The notes under the pieces were generated by a model. That model saw nothing but the letters and a program-made list of their open reading frames with translations, was not told where the DNA came from and searched no databases. A stretch of 64,000 nucleotides of DNA from an uncultured Verrucomicrobiae bacterium (GTDB taxonomy: Bacteria; Verrucomicrobiota; Verrucomicrobiia; Chthoniobacterales; UBA10450), in assembly GCA_963726745.1 (NCBI GenBank), contig CAVSDR010000003.1, forward strand, positions 64,001 to 128,000, written 5' to 3'. A program made the position numbers and the translations under genes. Shown one piece after another: positions 31,011 to 40,440 of the stretch; the first letter of the stretch is position 1; each line of letters begins with the position of its first letter.

Positions 31011-31684
31011 CAGACGATGAAGCCATCGCGCAGCTGGACGACGCGGTTTCCGTAGCCGGCGTTCTTCTCCGAATGCGTGACCTGCACGATCGTGGTCCCC
31101 TCGGCGTTGAGCCGGCGGAAAAGCTCCATGATTTCCTCACCTTGCGACGAGTGCAGGTTGCCGGTGGGCTCGTCCGCGAGCAGGAGCTTGGGGCTGGAGA
31201 TGATCGCGCGGGCCACGCCTACGAGCTGTTGCTGGCCCCCGGAAAGCTGGCGCGGGTAAAGGTCTTTTTTGCCGACGATTTGGAAGCGATCCAGCACATC
31301 GGCTACGAGCGCGGCCCGCTCGGATTTGCCGACCTGCCGATAGGACAAAGGGATGTCTAAATTCTCGTAAACCGTGAGGTCGTCGAGCAGGTGATATTGC
31401 TGGAAAACGAAACCGATCTGCTCGTTGCGCAACTGCGCGCGGGCGTTCGGCTTCATCTGGTGGATCGCATTTTCCTCGAAGAAATACTCCCCGCTCCAGG
31501 CATGGTCGTGCATCCCGAGGACATGGAGGAGCGATGATTTCCCGGCACCGCTCGGGCCCATGATGGAGACGAAATCGCCCTGCTCGATGCGCAGGTTCAC
31601 GTCACGCAGAACGTAGAAGAACTGGCCTTTCGCCAACGGGTAGAAACGCTCGAGGTGTCGGAGTTCGATCAGTGGATTAGGCAT
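31010..31684 (-). CDS. ABC transporter ATP-binding protein (LolD/MacB type)
   Basis: GPSGAGKS, LSGGQQQ, LLADEPTGNL, VTH. Confidence 0.93.
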   Translation of the reverse strand: MPNPLIELRHLERFYPLAKGQFFYVLRDVNLRIEQGDFVSIMGPSGAGKSSLLHVLGMHDHAWSGEYFFEENAIHQMKPNARAQLRNEQIGFVFQQYHLLDDLTVYENLDIPLSYRQVGKSERAALVADVLDRFQIVGKKDLYPRQLSGGQQQLVGVARAIISSPKLLLADEPTGNLHSSQGEEIMELFRRLNAEGTTIVQVTHSEKNAGYGNRVVQLRDGFIV

Positions 31685-31691
31685 GGGAAAA

Positions 31692-33122
31692 TCACGGCAA
31701 CCGCTGGCTGAGGTACTCCGCCGCATCCTGCGCGATCATCGGATCGCGATTCGCCAAAACGATCACGGCGTAGCCTTCGTCCCAGAGGATGGTGAGCATT
31801 CCGTTCATCCCCGGTGCGCCGCCGCCGTGCCCGACGAAGCGCCGTCCGTCCTTCATCTGCTCCTCGATCCCGTAGGCATAGCGGTCGCCTTCGCGTGGCG
31901 TCGCCACCCGGCCGGTGACGAGGCGGTCGGTCATGTCCGGCGAGAGGAGTCGGTGGGTGCGCAAGGCGTGCGCAAAACGCATGAGATCGCCCGCGGTCGA
32001 TTCGCCGCCGCCAGCTGACATCCCGCGATAAGACAAAGTCTCTGAGTTGGGCACGAGCGCGCCCGAAGGATCGCGGGTGTAGCCGATCGCAAGATTCTCC
32101 GATGGCTCGGTGATCGGCGTGCTGCCACTGGCCGTCATTCCGGCCGGTCGAAAGACATGCTCGGCGATGTAGTCGTGATAATTCTCGCCCGAGATTTTCT
32201 CGATGATGAGGCCAAGGACGATGAAGCCGGCATTACTGTAGGACCATTGCGCGCCCGGTTCGAAGGCGAGCGGTTGATCGACGAAAAGCGGGAGGTAATC
32301 CCGCAGCTCCCGAAGCCTTTCCCGGGTCTCGAAAAACTTCGGGCCAAAGAAATCGCCCAGCCCGGAAGTGTGCGTGAGCAATTGCTCGATCGTGATCTTC
32401 TGCGCGATTTCGCGGTTCGGATAATCGGGCAGCACGCTCGCCAAAGTGTCGGCAAAACCGAGCTTGCCGGCCTCGACCAGCTGCGCGATCGCGACCGCGG
32501 TAAACATCTTGTTGATCGAGCCGATGCGGAAACGCGTCTCCAGATTCACCGGGATTTTTCGCGCGCGATCCTGCAGGCCAAACGCCTTTTGCCAAAGCGG
32601 CTCGCCCTCCTTCGCGATCAGGGCCACGCCGGAAAACTCGTCCTTTTTAGCCAGCGCCTCGAGCTTCGCCGCCACCTCCTGGCCGAGCTGCGCGACGGGC
32701 TTCCGCTCTGCGCGCGCACCCGCCGGGGCGCTCGCGGGCCCGGCCCGGCGCTGCGCGAGTTTCCCCGCCTCGTCGGCCACGAAGGTGAAGCGCGCGTAGC
32801 TCGGGAAAGTCCCCCGCGTTTTCAGCAGGACGGTCAGCTCGCGCGGAGTCGATTGCTCGACCTCGATCAACTCCCAGCCGCCGTTCGAACGGCGGTCGCC
32901 CAGTTGCCCCGTTGCAATTTCCTCTGGCGAACGACCGCGGCGCGCCTCCGGGCTGTAGCGCGTCTCGGCAAACTGGCGCAACGCGGCGAGGTCGGCGGCG
33001 TTGAAAGCCGCCAGCCAATCGTGGCAGAGCCGGCCCGGCGCGGTCGCCGGCAACGTCACCTTGCCCGAGCCCAGGATCGCGTTCGCGAGCAGGAGGAGCA
33101 GGACGACGGTCAGGCGTTTCAT
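31692..33122 (-). CDS. Secreted serine hydrolase (beta-lactamase family)
   Basis: Signal peptide; GSINK (SxxK), LLTHTSGL, YSN, GHGGGAPG. Confidence 0.9.
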   Translation of the reverse strand: MKRLTVVLLLLLANAILGSGKVTLPATAPGRLCHDWLAAFNAADLAALRQFAETRYSPEARRGRSPEEIATGQLGDRRSNGGWELIEVEQSTPRELTVLLKTRGTFPSYARFTFVADEAGKLAQRRAGPASAPAGARAERKPVAQLGQEVAAKLEALAKKDEFSGVALIAKEGEPLWQKAFGLQDRARKIPVNLETRFRIGSINKMFTAVAIAQLVEAGKLGFADTLASVLPDYPNREIAQKITIEQLLTHTSGLGDFFGPKFFETRERLRELRDYLPLFVDQPLAFEPGAQWSYSNAGFIVLGLIIEKISGENYHDYIAEHVFRPAGMTASGSTPITEPSENLAIGYTRDPSGALVPNSETLSYRGMSAGGGESTAGDLMRFAHALRTHRLLSPDMTDRLVTGRVATPREGDRYAYGIEEQMKDGRRFVGHGGGAPGMNGMLTILWDEGYAVIVLANRDPMIAQDAAEYLSQRLP

Positions 33123-33157
33123 CGGCGCGACATCTTGCCGGCTATTTCTTCGTCTCG

Positions 33158-33898
33158 TTAGGCCGCCATGCTGTGGTCTTCCACCACCCGGCCATCGAAG
33201 ACGTGCACCGTGCGATCGGCGTGCTGCGCGAAACGCGCGTCGTGCGTGACCATGCAAATGGTCGCGCCGTTGCTGTGCAATTCCTTGAGCAAATCCATGA
33301 CCGCCTCGCCGTTGCGCGAGTCGAGGTTTCCGGTCGGTTCATCCGCCAGAAGGATGGCGGGCTTGCCGGCGAGCGCACGGGCCACGGCCACGCGTTGCTG
33401 CTGGCCGCCGGAAAGCTGGCTCGGGAGATGTTTCGCGCGATGCCCCATGCCAACGCGCTCGAGCGCTTCCTGCACGTGCGTTTTGCGTTCGCTCGCCCCC
33501 ATCCCGCGATAGGTCAGCGGCAGCTCCACGTTCTCGTAGACCGTCAGGTCGCCGATGAGGTTGAAGCTTTGGAAGATGAAACCGATCTCGCGGTTCCGGA
33601 TGCGTGCGCGTTCCGGGAACGAGAGGTTCGCCACCTCCGTGCCCTTGAGCGTGTAGCTCCCGCCGCTGGGCGTATCGAGCAGGCCGAGAATCGAGAGCAG
33701 GGTGGATTTCCCGCAGCCCGAGGGTCCGGCGATGGAGACGTATTCGCCTTCGCGGATGTCGAGATGGATGCCGGAAAGCGCATGCGTCTCGACCTCGTCG
33801 GTCAGGAAGACTTTGGTTACGTCTTCGAGTTTGATCAGGGTGCCGTTGGCGCCGTTTTTGCGCTTCGGTGGTTCGATGGTGGTTTCAGTGTTGGTCAT
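33158..33898 (-). CDS. ABC transporter ATP-binding protein
   Basis: VETHAL, GPSGCGKS, LSGGQQQR, LADEPTGNLD, VTHD. Confidence 0.93.
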   Translation of the reverse strand: MTNTETTIEPPKRKNGANGTLIKLEDVTKVFLTDEVETHALSGIHLDIREGEYVSIAGPSGCGKSTLLSILGLLDTPSGGSYTLKGTEVANLSFPERARIRNREIGFIFQSFNLIGDLTVYENVELPLTYRGMGASERKTHVQEALERVGMGHRAKHLPSQLSGGQQQRVAVARALAGKPAILLADEPTGNLDSRNGEAVMDLLKELHSNGATICMVTHDARFAQHADRTVHVFDGRVVEDHSMAA

Positions 33899-33919
33899 GG
33901 GGTTGGGTTCGTTAGGCAG

Positions 33920-35248
33920 CTAGTTCAGCCGGATGCGGTCGTGCGCGTCCATCGCGCTGGTGTCGGAAAGGATGACCTGGTCGCCAGGTTCGAGACCGTT
34001 CAGGATCTCGATCGTGTTCACCGAGCTGCGGCCGAGCTTTACGGGAGTGCGCACCGCCTCGGAAGTGCCGGGGACCAGCTTGAAAATGCCGACGCTGCTG
34101 CCTTCCTGCCCGAAGGCCGGCCGCCCGACATAAACGGCGTTTTCCAAGCGCTCCAGCTCGACCGTGCCGTCAACGCTCAGGTCCGGGCGCGCGCCTCGTG
34201 GGAGATCGCCATCGATCGCGACGTCTACCTTGACCGTGCCCTGCTCGACGGCCGGATCGACCCGCACGACGTGGCCGGCGACGACGCCGTTGCGGGTATC
34301 GATCGAGGCCGGAAGGTTGATCTGGATATCCTTCGCCTGGGTCTCGGCGATCTTGATCTCGGCTTTGAGTTTCGTCGGGTCGGCGACGCGCGCGAGATTG
34401 GTCCCGGGCGTAACGCGCTGGCCGATTTCCACCGGCAATTGCTGGAGGACGCCGGCAAAACCGGCGCGCACCTTGAGCTGCTCGAGTTGTTGCTGGCGCA
34501 AAAGAGCCAGCGCTTTCACCTGGTCGACCGCCGCCTGTTTGGCGGCGAGTTGCGGCTCGATATTTTGGCGGGCAAAATCGAGGCGCTTCTGCTCGATCTG
34601 GTCGCGGGCGGCGAGGTCGTCGGCCTTGATCTTGGAAGTCTTATGAACGAGCGCCGCGACCAGGCCGTTCTTTGCCAGGGTGTCGTTCGTCTCGTTCTCC
34701 ATTTTCGCCTGCTGAAACTCGGAGTGCACCCGCGCGGCGTTCGATTCCTGCTCCAGGAGTTCGCGCTGCAAGCTGGCCTTCAAAGTGGTCAGCTCGGCTT
34801 CCGCGGCTTTGAATTGTAACTCGGCATCGCGCGCGGTGTTCTCGACTTCGGCGCTGGTCAGCTCGAGCAGGACGGTGTCCGGCTGGACGTGCGCGCCTGG
34901 CCGGACAAGGATTTTCTCCACGCGCCCTTCGGTCACGGCCGCGATCCAGCGAATCTCTTCCGGCACCAGCGTGCCCAGGCCCCGCACCTGGCGGATCATC
35001 GACCCGCGCTTGACCGTATCGACCCAGACGGTCGAGCGATCGATGCTCGGCACGGCTGGCTTCAAACGCGAAAGCCCAAAGGTCATCGCGACCACGGCGA
35101 GCACGATGCCGCCGATCAGAAGAATGCGGCGTTGCCGTTTCTTCCGGGCCACGCCCGCGCGCGGGACATCCATGGCCGAGGTGGGCTGGGTAAAACCGCT
35201 CGGGCGCACGATGGTGGATTCTTCTTTCGGCTGGAGATTCGGTTGCAT
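33920..35248 (-). CDS. HlyD/MFP periplasmic adaptor
   Basis: N-terminal TM, VKRG.MIRQVRGLGTLVP, EGRVEKILVRPG, coiled coil, RPDLSVDG, GLEPGDQVILSD; start at 35248 or 35173. Confidence 0.88.
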   Translation of the reverse strand: MQPNLQPKEESTIVRPSGFTQPTSAMDVPRAGVARKKRQRRILLIGGIVLAVVAMTFGLSRLKPAVPSIDRSTVWVDTVKRGSMIRQVRGLGTLVPEEIRWIAAVTEGRVEKILVRPGAHVQPDTVLLELTSAEVENTARDAELQFKAAEAELTTLKASLQRELLEQESNAARVHSEFQQAKMENETNDTLAKNGLVAALVHKTSKIKADDLAARDQIEQKRLDFARQNIEPQLAAKQAAVDQVKALALLRQQQLEQLKVRAGFAGVLQQLPVEIGQRVTPGTNLARVADPTKLKAEIKIAETQAKDIQINLPASIDTRNGVVAGHVVRVDPAVEQGTVKVDVAIDGDLPRGARPDLSVDGTVELERLENAVYVGRPAFGQEGSSVGIFKLVPGTSEAVRTPVKLGRSSVNTIEILNGLEPGDQVILSDTSAMDAHDRIRLN

Positions 35249-35268
35249 CACGGGGAGGGCAACTGCGC

Positions 35269-35545
35269 TCAGAGCACCCAGTGCATCAATCCGCTGATCC
35301 CCTCCACCACGGGCACGGCTGCGGTCACGAAGATGAGCGCAAAGAAGACCGCCTCCGCGACGAAATGCCGGTGCGCTTCCTCTGCGAAATAGGCGTCGGT
35401 AATTCCGCGCAGGGAAACACTTCGCGGAGCGCCACCACCGCCACTGGAAAACTTGGGAAAGCGCTCCGCTTGGAAGGAATAATCCGTGGCCGGGAAGATG
35501 CGCTCCGCCGCGGCGAAGGCAAGTGCTGGGAGAAGTTGGTTTCAT
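35269..35545 (-). CDS. Small membrane protein (about 91 aa) hidden by a +1 frameshift near 35529; first gene of the sigma54 operon
   Basis: Removing one C gives MKPTSPALAFAAAERIFPATDYSFQAERFPKFSSGGGGAPRSVSLRGITDAYFAEEAHRHFVAEAVFFALIFVTAAVPVVEGISGLMHWVL*, with a C-terminal TM helix; span is 277 nt = 3n+1. Confidence 0.62.
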
Positions 35546-35618
35546 TCGGGGATGCAAGGTTGAGATGCCGCGCGGCCGGGTTTTGGATTCAGATTTCCGC
35601 GCGAGTCGCGTCCCCTAT

Positions 35619-35634
35619 TGCAATGCCCGTGCCA
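35619..35634 (-). promoter_or_regulatory. Sigma54 -24/-12 promoter
   Basis: Minus strand TGGCAC-GGGCA-TTGCA is an exact TGGCAC-N5-TTGCW match, about 75 nt upstream of ATG 35545 and next to an NtrC-family activator. Confidence 0.85.
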
Positions 35635-35762
35635 GCAGCCGTTGCGAAGTCGCAAAGCTCTAGCTGTTAGTTGTTTAGCATCCCTCAGCTTTAGCCGGCA
35701 CTTTCACCATCCGGCCGCTTGTGGGATTTCGTCGTCCCGGCCGTGGGACGCCGAATGGCCGC

Positions 35763-37092
35763 CTATTTCGGCAAGCGCAAGACTGCCGCGGCGCCGCGTC
35801 CACCCGCGCGATTGGCCAGCGAAAGCGAGCCGCCATGCGCCTCCGCAATCTGCCGGCTAAGCGTGAGGCCGATGCCGGAGCCGCCGGGTTTGGTGGTGAA
35901 GAAGGGCACGAACAAATTCGCCGGGTTCAGGATTCCCTGCCCTTCATCCTGCACGGAAATCTCCACGCAATCCGAGACCTCGCGCCAGCTCACAGCGACG
36001 CCACCGCTCGGTTTCAAGGGAAGCGTCGACCGCGTTATGCAGCAGATTGATGAGCAATTGTTCGAGCTGCGCGGCATCCGCGCGGACGCGCAAGTCCGGC
36101 CCGCCGGCAACACGCACTTCCAGCCGGGTCTCGAGGCTGCTCACGCGCCGCACGAGTTCGCCGAGATCGAACGGCTCCTTCTGCGGCTGCGGCAACCGCG
36201 CCAGCCGCGCGTATGCCTGCATGAAACGGCTGAGCGACTCCGCGCGTGTGGCGATCACATTTAAGCCGCTGCGCGCGTCATCCTGCCAATCCGCCGGCGG
36301 CGGATCGCGCCGCAGGAGCGTCTCGAGGCTGCCGGCGATCGACTTGATCGGGGCTAACGAGTTGTTCAATTCATGACCGAGGACGCGGACGATTCGCTGC
36401 CAGGCGTTGCGCTCCTCTTCCCGCAGCGTCTTGCTCAAATCCGTGAGCACGACCAGCTCGTGCGGCAAGCCGCGTTCGCGAAACTCGCTCCGGCGAACGC
36501 CCCAGCGGCCGCTCCCGCCAGGAAAAGCCAGGGTGAGTGGCGTGTCCTGGTCCGCCTCGAGCACGACCTCCAGGCCGAGGTCGCGTGCGCGCCGGCCTAA
36601 CAACTTATCCATCGGTTGGCGCAGGAGGTTTTCGCCCGCGCGATTGACCAGGCGCAACCGGCGGTCGGTATCGAAGGTGAACACGGAGACATCGATCTCG
36701 GCCATGATCGTGCGCAAGAGCGCGGTCGCCTCAAACGCGCCCAGGCGCTGCATGCGCAAGGTCTCGCCGAGGGCGTTGATCTCGAGCAGCACTTCGCCCA
36801 AAGCGTCGTCTGTTTTCGCGCCGCGCGCGCGAATCGAGTAATCGCCCTCGCGCAGGGCGGCGAGCAGATTGGTCATCGTCTGAAGCGGGCGGACCAGATG
36901 TTCACGCGCGCTTGCGAGAAATCCGAAAGCGCAGCCAGCGATCAAGAGCGTGAGCGTCCATTGGACCTTGGGCGTGTAGTCGCCCAGCCAAAGGAGCAGA
37001 AGCGCCACGATCGCTGCCGGCGCCGCCGCCCAAATCACCAGCCAGGTGATGCGTGCTTCGTGGGTCAGCCGCGACTTCGCGCGCGCTTTCAT
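35763..37092 (-). CDS. Sensor histidine kinase (NtrY/NtrB-like), frameshift at about 36010
   Basis: 2 TM, HAMP-like, PAS, HELNNSL H-box and NLLHNA N-box; D/F/G boxes (DEGQG, PFFTTK, GSGIGL) continue in the next frame. Confidence 0.88.
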
Positions 37093-37122
37093 TCGAGATT
37101 CGACGGGCGAAACTCAGACGCG

Positions 37123-38469
37123 CTAGAGCCCATAATGCTGCAGGCGCCGGTAGAAAGCGCTCCGGCTCAGGCCGAGCGCTTCGGCGGCTTTGCGGGCATT
37201 CCCGTCGAAGCGCTGGAGCGCCTTCTTGATCAGGAAACCCTCGACCTCTTCGAGGCTCATCTCCTCAAGGCGCGCACCGTCGCCCGGACCACTCGTTAGG
37301 CCAAGATCGTTCGCTTTGAGCAACTGCCCCTGACTCATGAGCACCGCGCGCTCGATCACGTGGTCGAGCTCCCGCACATTCCCCGGCCACTGGTGGCGCA
37401 GGAGCTGTTCGCGCGCGTTTTCCTCGAAGCCGGTGAGCGCCTTGCGATAGCGCAACGCATGCGCGGCGAGAAAGGAATTAGCCAGCGGCATGATGTCCTC
37501 GCGGCGCTCGCGCAACGGCGGGAGCGCAATCTCAATTGTGTTCAAGCGGAAGAGCAAATCCTGGCGAAAACGCCCGGCCGCGACTTCATCATGCAGGTTG
37601 GCGTTGGTCGCGGAAACGATCCGCACGTTCGCATGCAAGGTCTTCGAGGAGCCGACGCGCTCGAACTCGCCGGTTTCGATCATGCGGAGCAATTTTGCCT
37701 GCTGATTCATCGGGATGTTTGCGATCTCATCCATGAAGAGCGTGCTCTCGTCGGCCAGTTCGAAACGGCCGGCGCGATCCGTCTTCGCGTCGGTGAAGGC
37801 CCCTTTCACATGTCCGAAGAGTTCGCTTTCAAAAACCCCTTCCGAGAGGCCGCCCATGTTCACCGTGATCATGCTGTGCGCCGCGCGGCCGGAAAGCGCA
37901 TGGAGCGCTCGCGCGACCAAACCTTTGCCGGTGCCGTTCTCGCCGGTGATGAGAACGTTCGCGTCCGACGGCGCAACGCGCGAGATCAACTCCAGGACCG
38001 GACGCATCCGCGGCGACTCGGCGATAATCTTGGGCGCGTTCCCGCGCAGGAGTTGGTTTGCGGCCTCCAGCCGACGGCCTTTGCGCAAGGCCGCGGAAAG
38101 CTCGAGTTGCGTGCGCACGATCGCGAGCAGCCGCTCGTTATCCCACGGCTTCGGGATGAAATCGCGCGCGCCGCGTTTCATTGCCTCGACCGCGAGATCG
38201 ATCGTGGCCCATGCGGTCATGACCACGATCGGCAGTGTGTTGTCGATCGCCTGAATCTTCGGGATGACCTCCAGCCCTTCCTGCCCGGAGGTGGTGTCGC
38301 GTGTGTAATTCAGATCCATCAGGAGCAGCGCATAATCGCGCTTCTCCAGCGCCTGCATCACGCCTGCGAGCGACGTCACCGCGTCGGTCTGGTGCCCCTC
38401 GCCTTTCAGCAGAATGCGGAGCGCCTCAAGCACATCCGTCTGGTCATCGGCGATCAGGATTCGGCTCAT
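37123..38469 (-). CDS. Sigma54-dependent response regulator (REC-AAA+-Fis HTH)
   Basis: ILIADD, GENGTGK, ESELFGHVKGAFTDA, FRQDLLFRLN, WPGNVREL, AAEALGLSRSAFYRRL. Confidence 0.95.
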   Translation of the reverse strand: MSRILIADDQTDVLEALRILLKGEGHQTDAVTSLAGVMQALEKRDYALLLMDLNYTRDTTSGQEGLEVIPKIQAIDNTLPIVVMTAWATIDLAVEAMKRGARDFIPKPWDNERLLAIVRTQLELSAALRKGRRLEAANQLLRGNAPKIIAESPRMRPVLELISRVAPSDANVLITGENGTGKGLVARALHALSGRAAHSMITVNMGGLSEGVFESELFGHVKGAFTDAKTDRAGRFELADESTLFMDEIANIPMNQQAKLLRMIETGEFERVGSSKTLHANVRIVSATNANLHDEVAAGRFRQDLLFRLNTIEIALPPLRERREDIMPLANSFLAAHALRYRKALTGFEENAREQLLRHQWPGNVRELDHVIERAVLMSQGQLLKANDLGLTSGPGDGARLEEMSLEEVEGFLIKKALQRFDGNARKAAEALGLSRSAFYRRLQHYGL

Positions 38470-38686
38470 CGCCTAACTCTCAACCGCGTTTCCGCGACAG
38501 TGTCAATCGTCACCCGCGCGCCCGTGGCCACCCGTTAGGCGGATTCAGCCGCGACCGTTGCCGCGATGCCGGGCACGCGGGAACCGCTCAGATTTTTCGA
38601 AGCGCGAGCGCAAATTTGTCGAGGCCGAGACTCTGGCCAGACGGAAGTTGAGCGTCGATCGATTGCCGGAGCGTACGTCGACGGCT

Positions 38687-39855
38687 TCAGTCGTAGCACT
38701 CGAGATACTTGATGCCGGACCCGGTGTTGAAGATCACGACCTGCTCCTGCGGTTTGATGCGCCCAGCGCTAAGCAGCATCTTCAGCGCAGCAAAGCAGGC
38801 AGCGCCTTCCGGGGCCACGAAAAGCCCTTCGGCTGCACCGACAGCGCGCGTCATTCGGATCATCTCGGCGTCGTCCACCGCGACGCGCCGCCGCCGGACT
38901 CGCGCAGGATTCGCAGCATCAGGAAATCGCCCACCGCCTTCGGCACCCGCAGACCGGAGGCAACGGTGTGCGCGTCGGGAAATTCGGTTGCAAATTCCTC
39001 GCCGTGCTCAAAAGCGCGCACAATCGGCGCGCAGCCGCTCGCCTGGACGGAAAACATCCGCGGACGCTTCGATCCGATCCAGCCTAACGACTCCATCTCG
39101 TCGAACGCTTTCCACATGCCGATCAAGCCGGTCCCGCCGCCGGTCGGGTAAAGCACCACATCGGGCAGCTCCCAGCCGAGCTGTTCCGCGAGTTCGTAGC
39201 CGAGCGTTTTCTTCCCTTCGACGCGATACGGCTCCTTCAGCGTCGACAGGTCGAACCAACCTTCAGCAGCCTTCCGCCGCGCAATCTCGGCGCCGCAATC
39301 GGTGATCAGGCCGTCAATCAAAGTGACGTGAGCCCCGGTTTCGCGGCACTCGATGATGTTGGCGCGGGGGGTATCGCGCGGCATGAAGATGTGCGCCTCG
39401 AGACCGGCCCGAGCGGCATAGGCAGCAAGCGCGCCACCCGCATTGCCTGCACTGGGGACGGCGAGCTTTTTTGCTCCTAAAAATTTTGCCATCGAGATGG
39501 CGGTGGTCATCCCGCGAGCTTTAAAGCTCTGCGTGGGATTAAGGGACTCATCTTTGATGCGAAGATCAGCCAGACCGAGCTGCGCACCGAAGCGTCGCGC
39601 CTGGAGCAACGGTGTGCCTCCTTCACCAAGCGTGACCGGTTCCTGGTCTAGCGGCAAAGGCAGCACTTCGCGGAAACGCCAGAGTGAGCTCCCGCGGGTG
39701 GCCAGTGCGGCCCGAGTGAGCGTTTTCCCCGCCGCCGCCAGATCGTAGCGCGGGAAGAGCGGCTTCTGGCATAACGGGCAAAGATTCTGCAACGCCTGCC
39801 AATCGCAGGTGTGGTGACAGGCGGTGCACTCAAGATGCGTCAGAAAGGTTTTCAT
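38687..39855 (-). CDS. thrC: Threonine synthase, frameshift at about 38884
   Basis: [23 protein letters not shown] (PLP Lys), SAGNAG, PTGGGTG; C-terminus [14 protein letters not shown] lies in another frame. Confidence 0.88.
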
Positions 39856-40145
39856 GGATTTGCTCCGGCAGGCGATGGTCGGGACGTGTTTGCGACGGGG
39901 GAACTTCCCATGCCTGGCCCGCTTCGGCAGAGCGAAAATTGCCGAGAGAAGGAAAATTGCCGGCCGCACAACCTCCGCGCTGCGCATCTGCGAATCTCAA
40001 TTTCAGTCAAAGGTGCGGGACAGCGCGCTGCTCGGACTTTTGGTTTGACCTGGAAACGAAAGATTAACAAAAGAGGTCTGAATTTGACTTGCCATCCTCC
40101 GGCCTCTCCATAAGCATTTAACAAACGCGGATACGTTTACCCCCC

Positions 40146-40391
40146 ATGAAAAAGCTTCTCAGCACCCCCGCTCGGAAGAAATCTGCAGGCTTCATCGCCT
40201 TCGGTGCTCTTGCCACAGCCTTTTGGTTTACCAGCACTCCGGCTAGTCTCGCGCAGGACGCGGATTGCACGCTCTGCCATAAACGGACGCAGACAATTAC
40301 GACGGTCTGCGGCAGCTTGGACAATCGGCGCCATCTCGACCACGGCGATACGATGGGCCCGTGCGCCGTTACGCCAGTGACGAACCAGTAA
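40146..40391 (+). CDS. Small secreted Cys4/His3 peptide (CxxCH..C..HxxHGD..GxC), copy 1
   Basis: Signal peptide then DCTLCHKRTQTITTVCGSLDNRRHLDHGDTMGPC; conserved paralog at 44340. Confidence 0.85.
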   Translation: MKKLLSTPARKKSAGFIAFGALATAFWFTSTPASLAQDADCTLCHKRTQTITTVCGSLDNRRHLDHGDTMGPCAVTPVTNQ

Positions 40392-40440
40392 AGCAATCGC
40401 CAGGGCCTTCCAAGCCCAATGGCGGGCTCGGGCAACGCCT

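Noticed and set aside
33173..34819. Long antisense ORFs (for example 33173-34819, 55789-57318, 37360-38538, 1461-2549)
   Set aside because: Shadow ORFs opposite well-supported genes, expected at high GC, with no recognisable motifs.
35249..35557. 100-aa N-terminal extension of HlyD given in the ORF track
   Set aside because: Arg/Gly-rich and implausible; better explained by a separate frameshifted small gene.
35655..35700. IHF site upstream of the sigma54 promoter
   Set aside because: AT-rich and in a plausible position, but a poor match to WATCAANNNNTTR.
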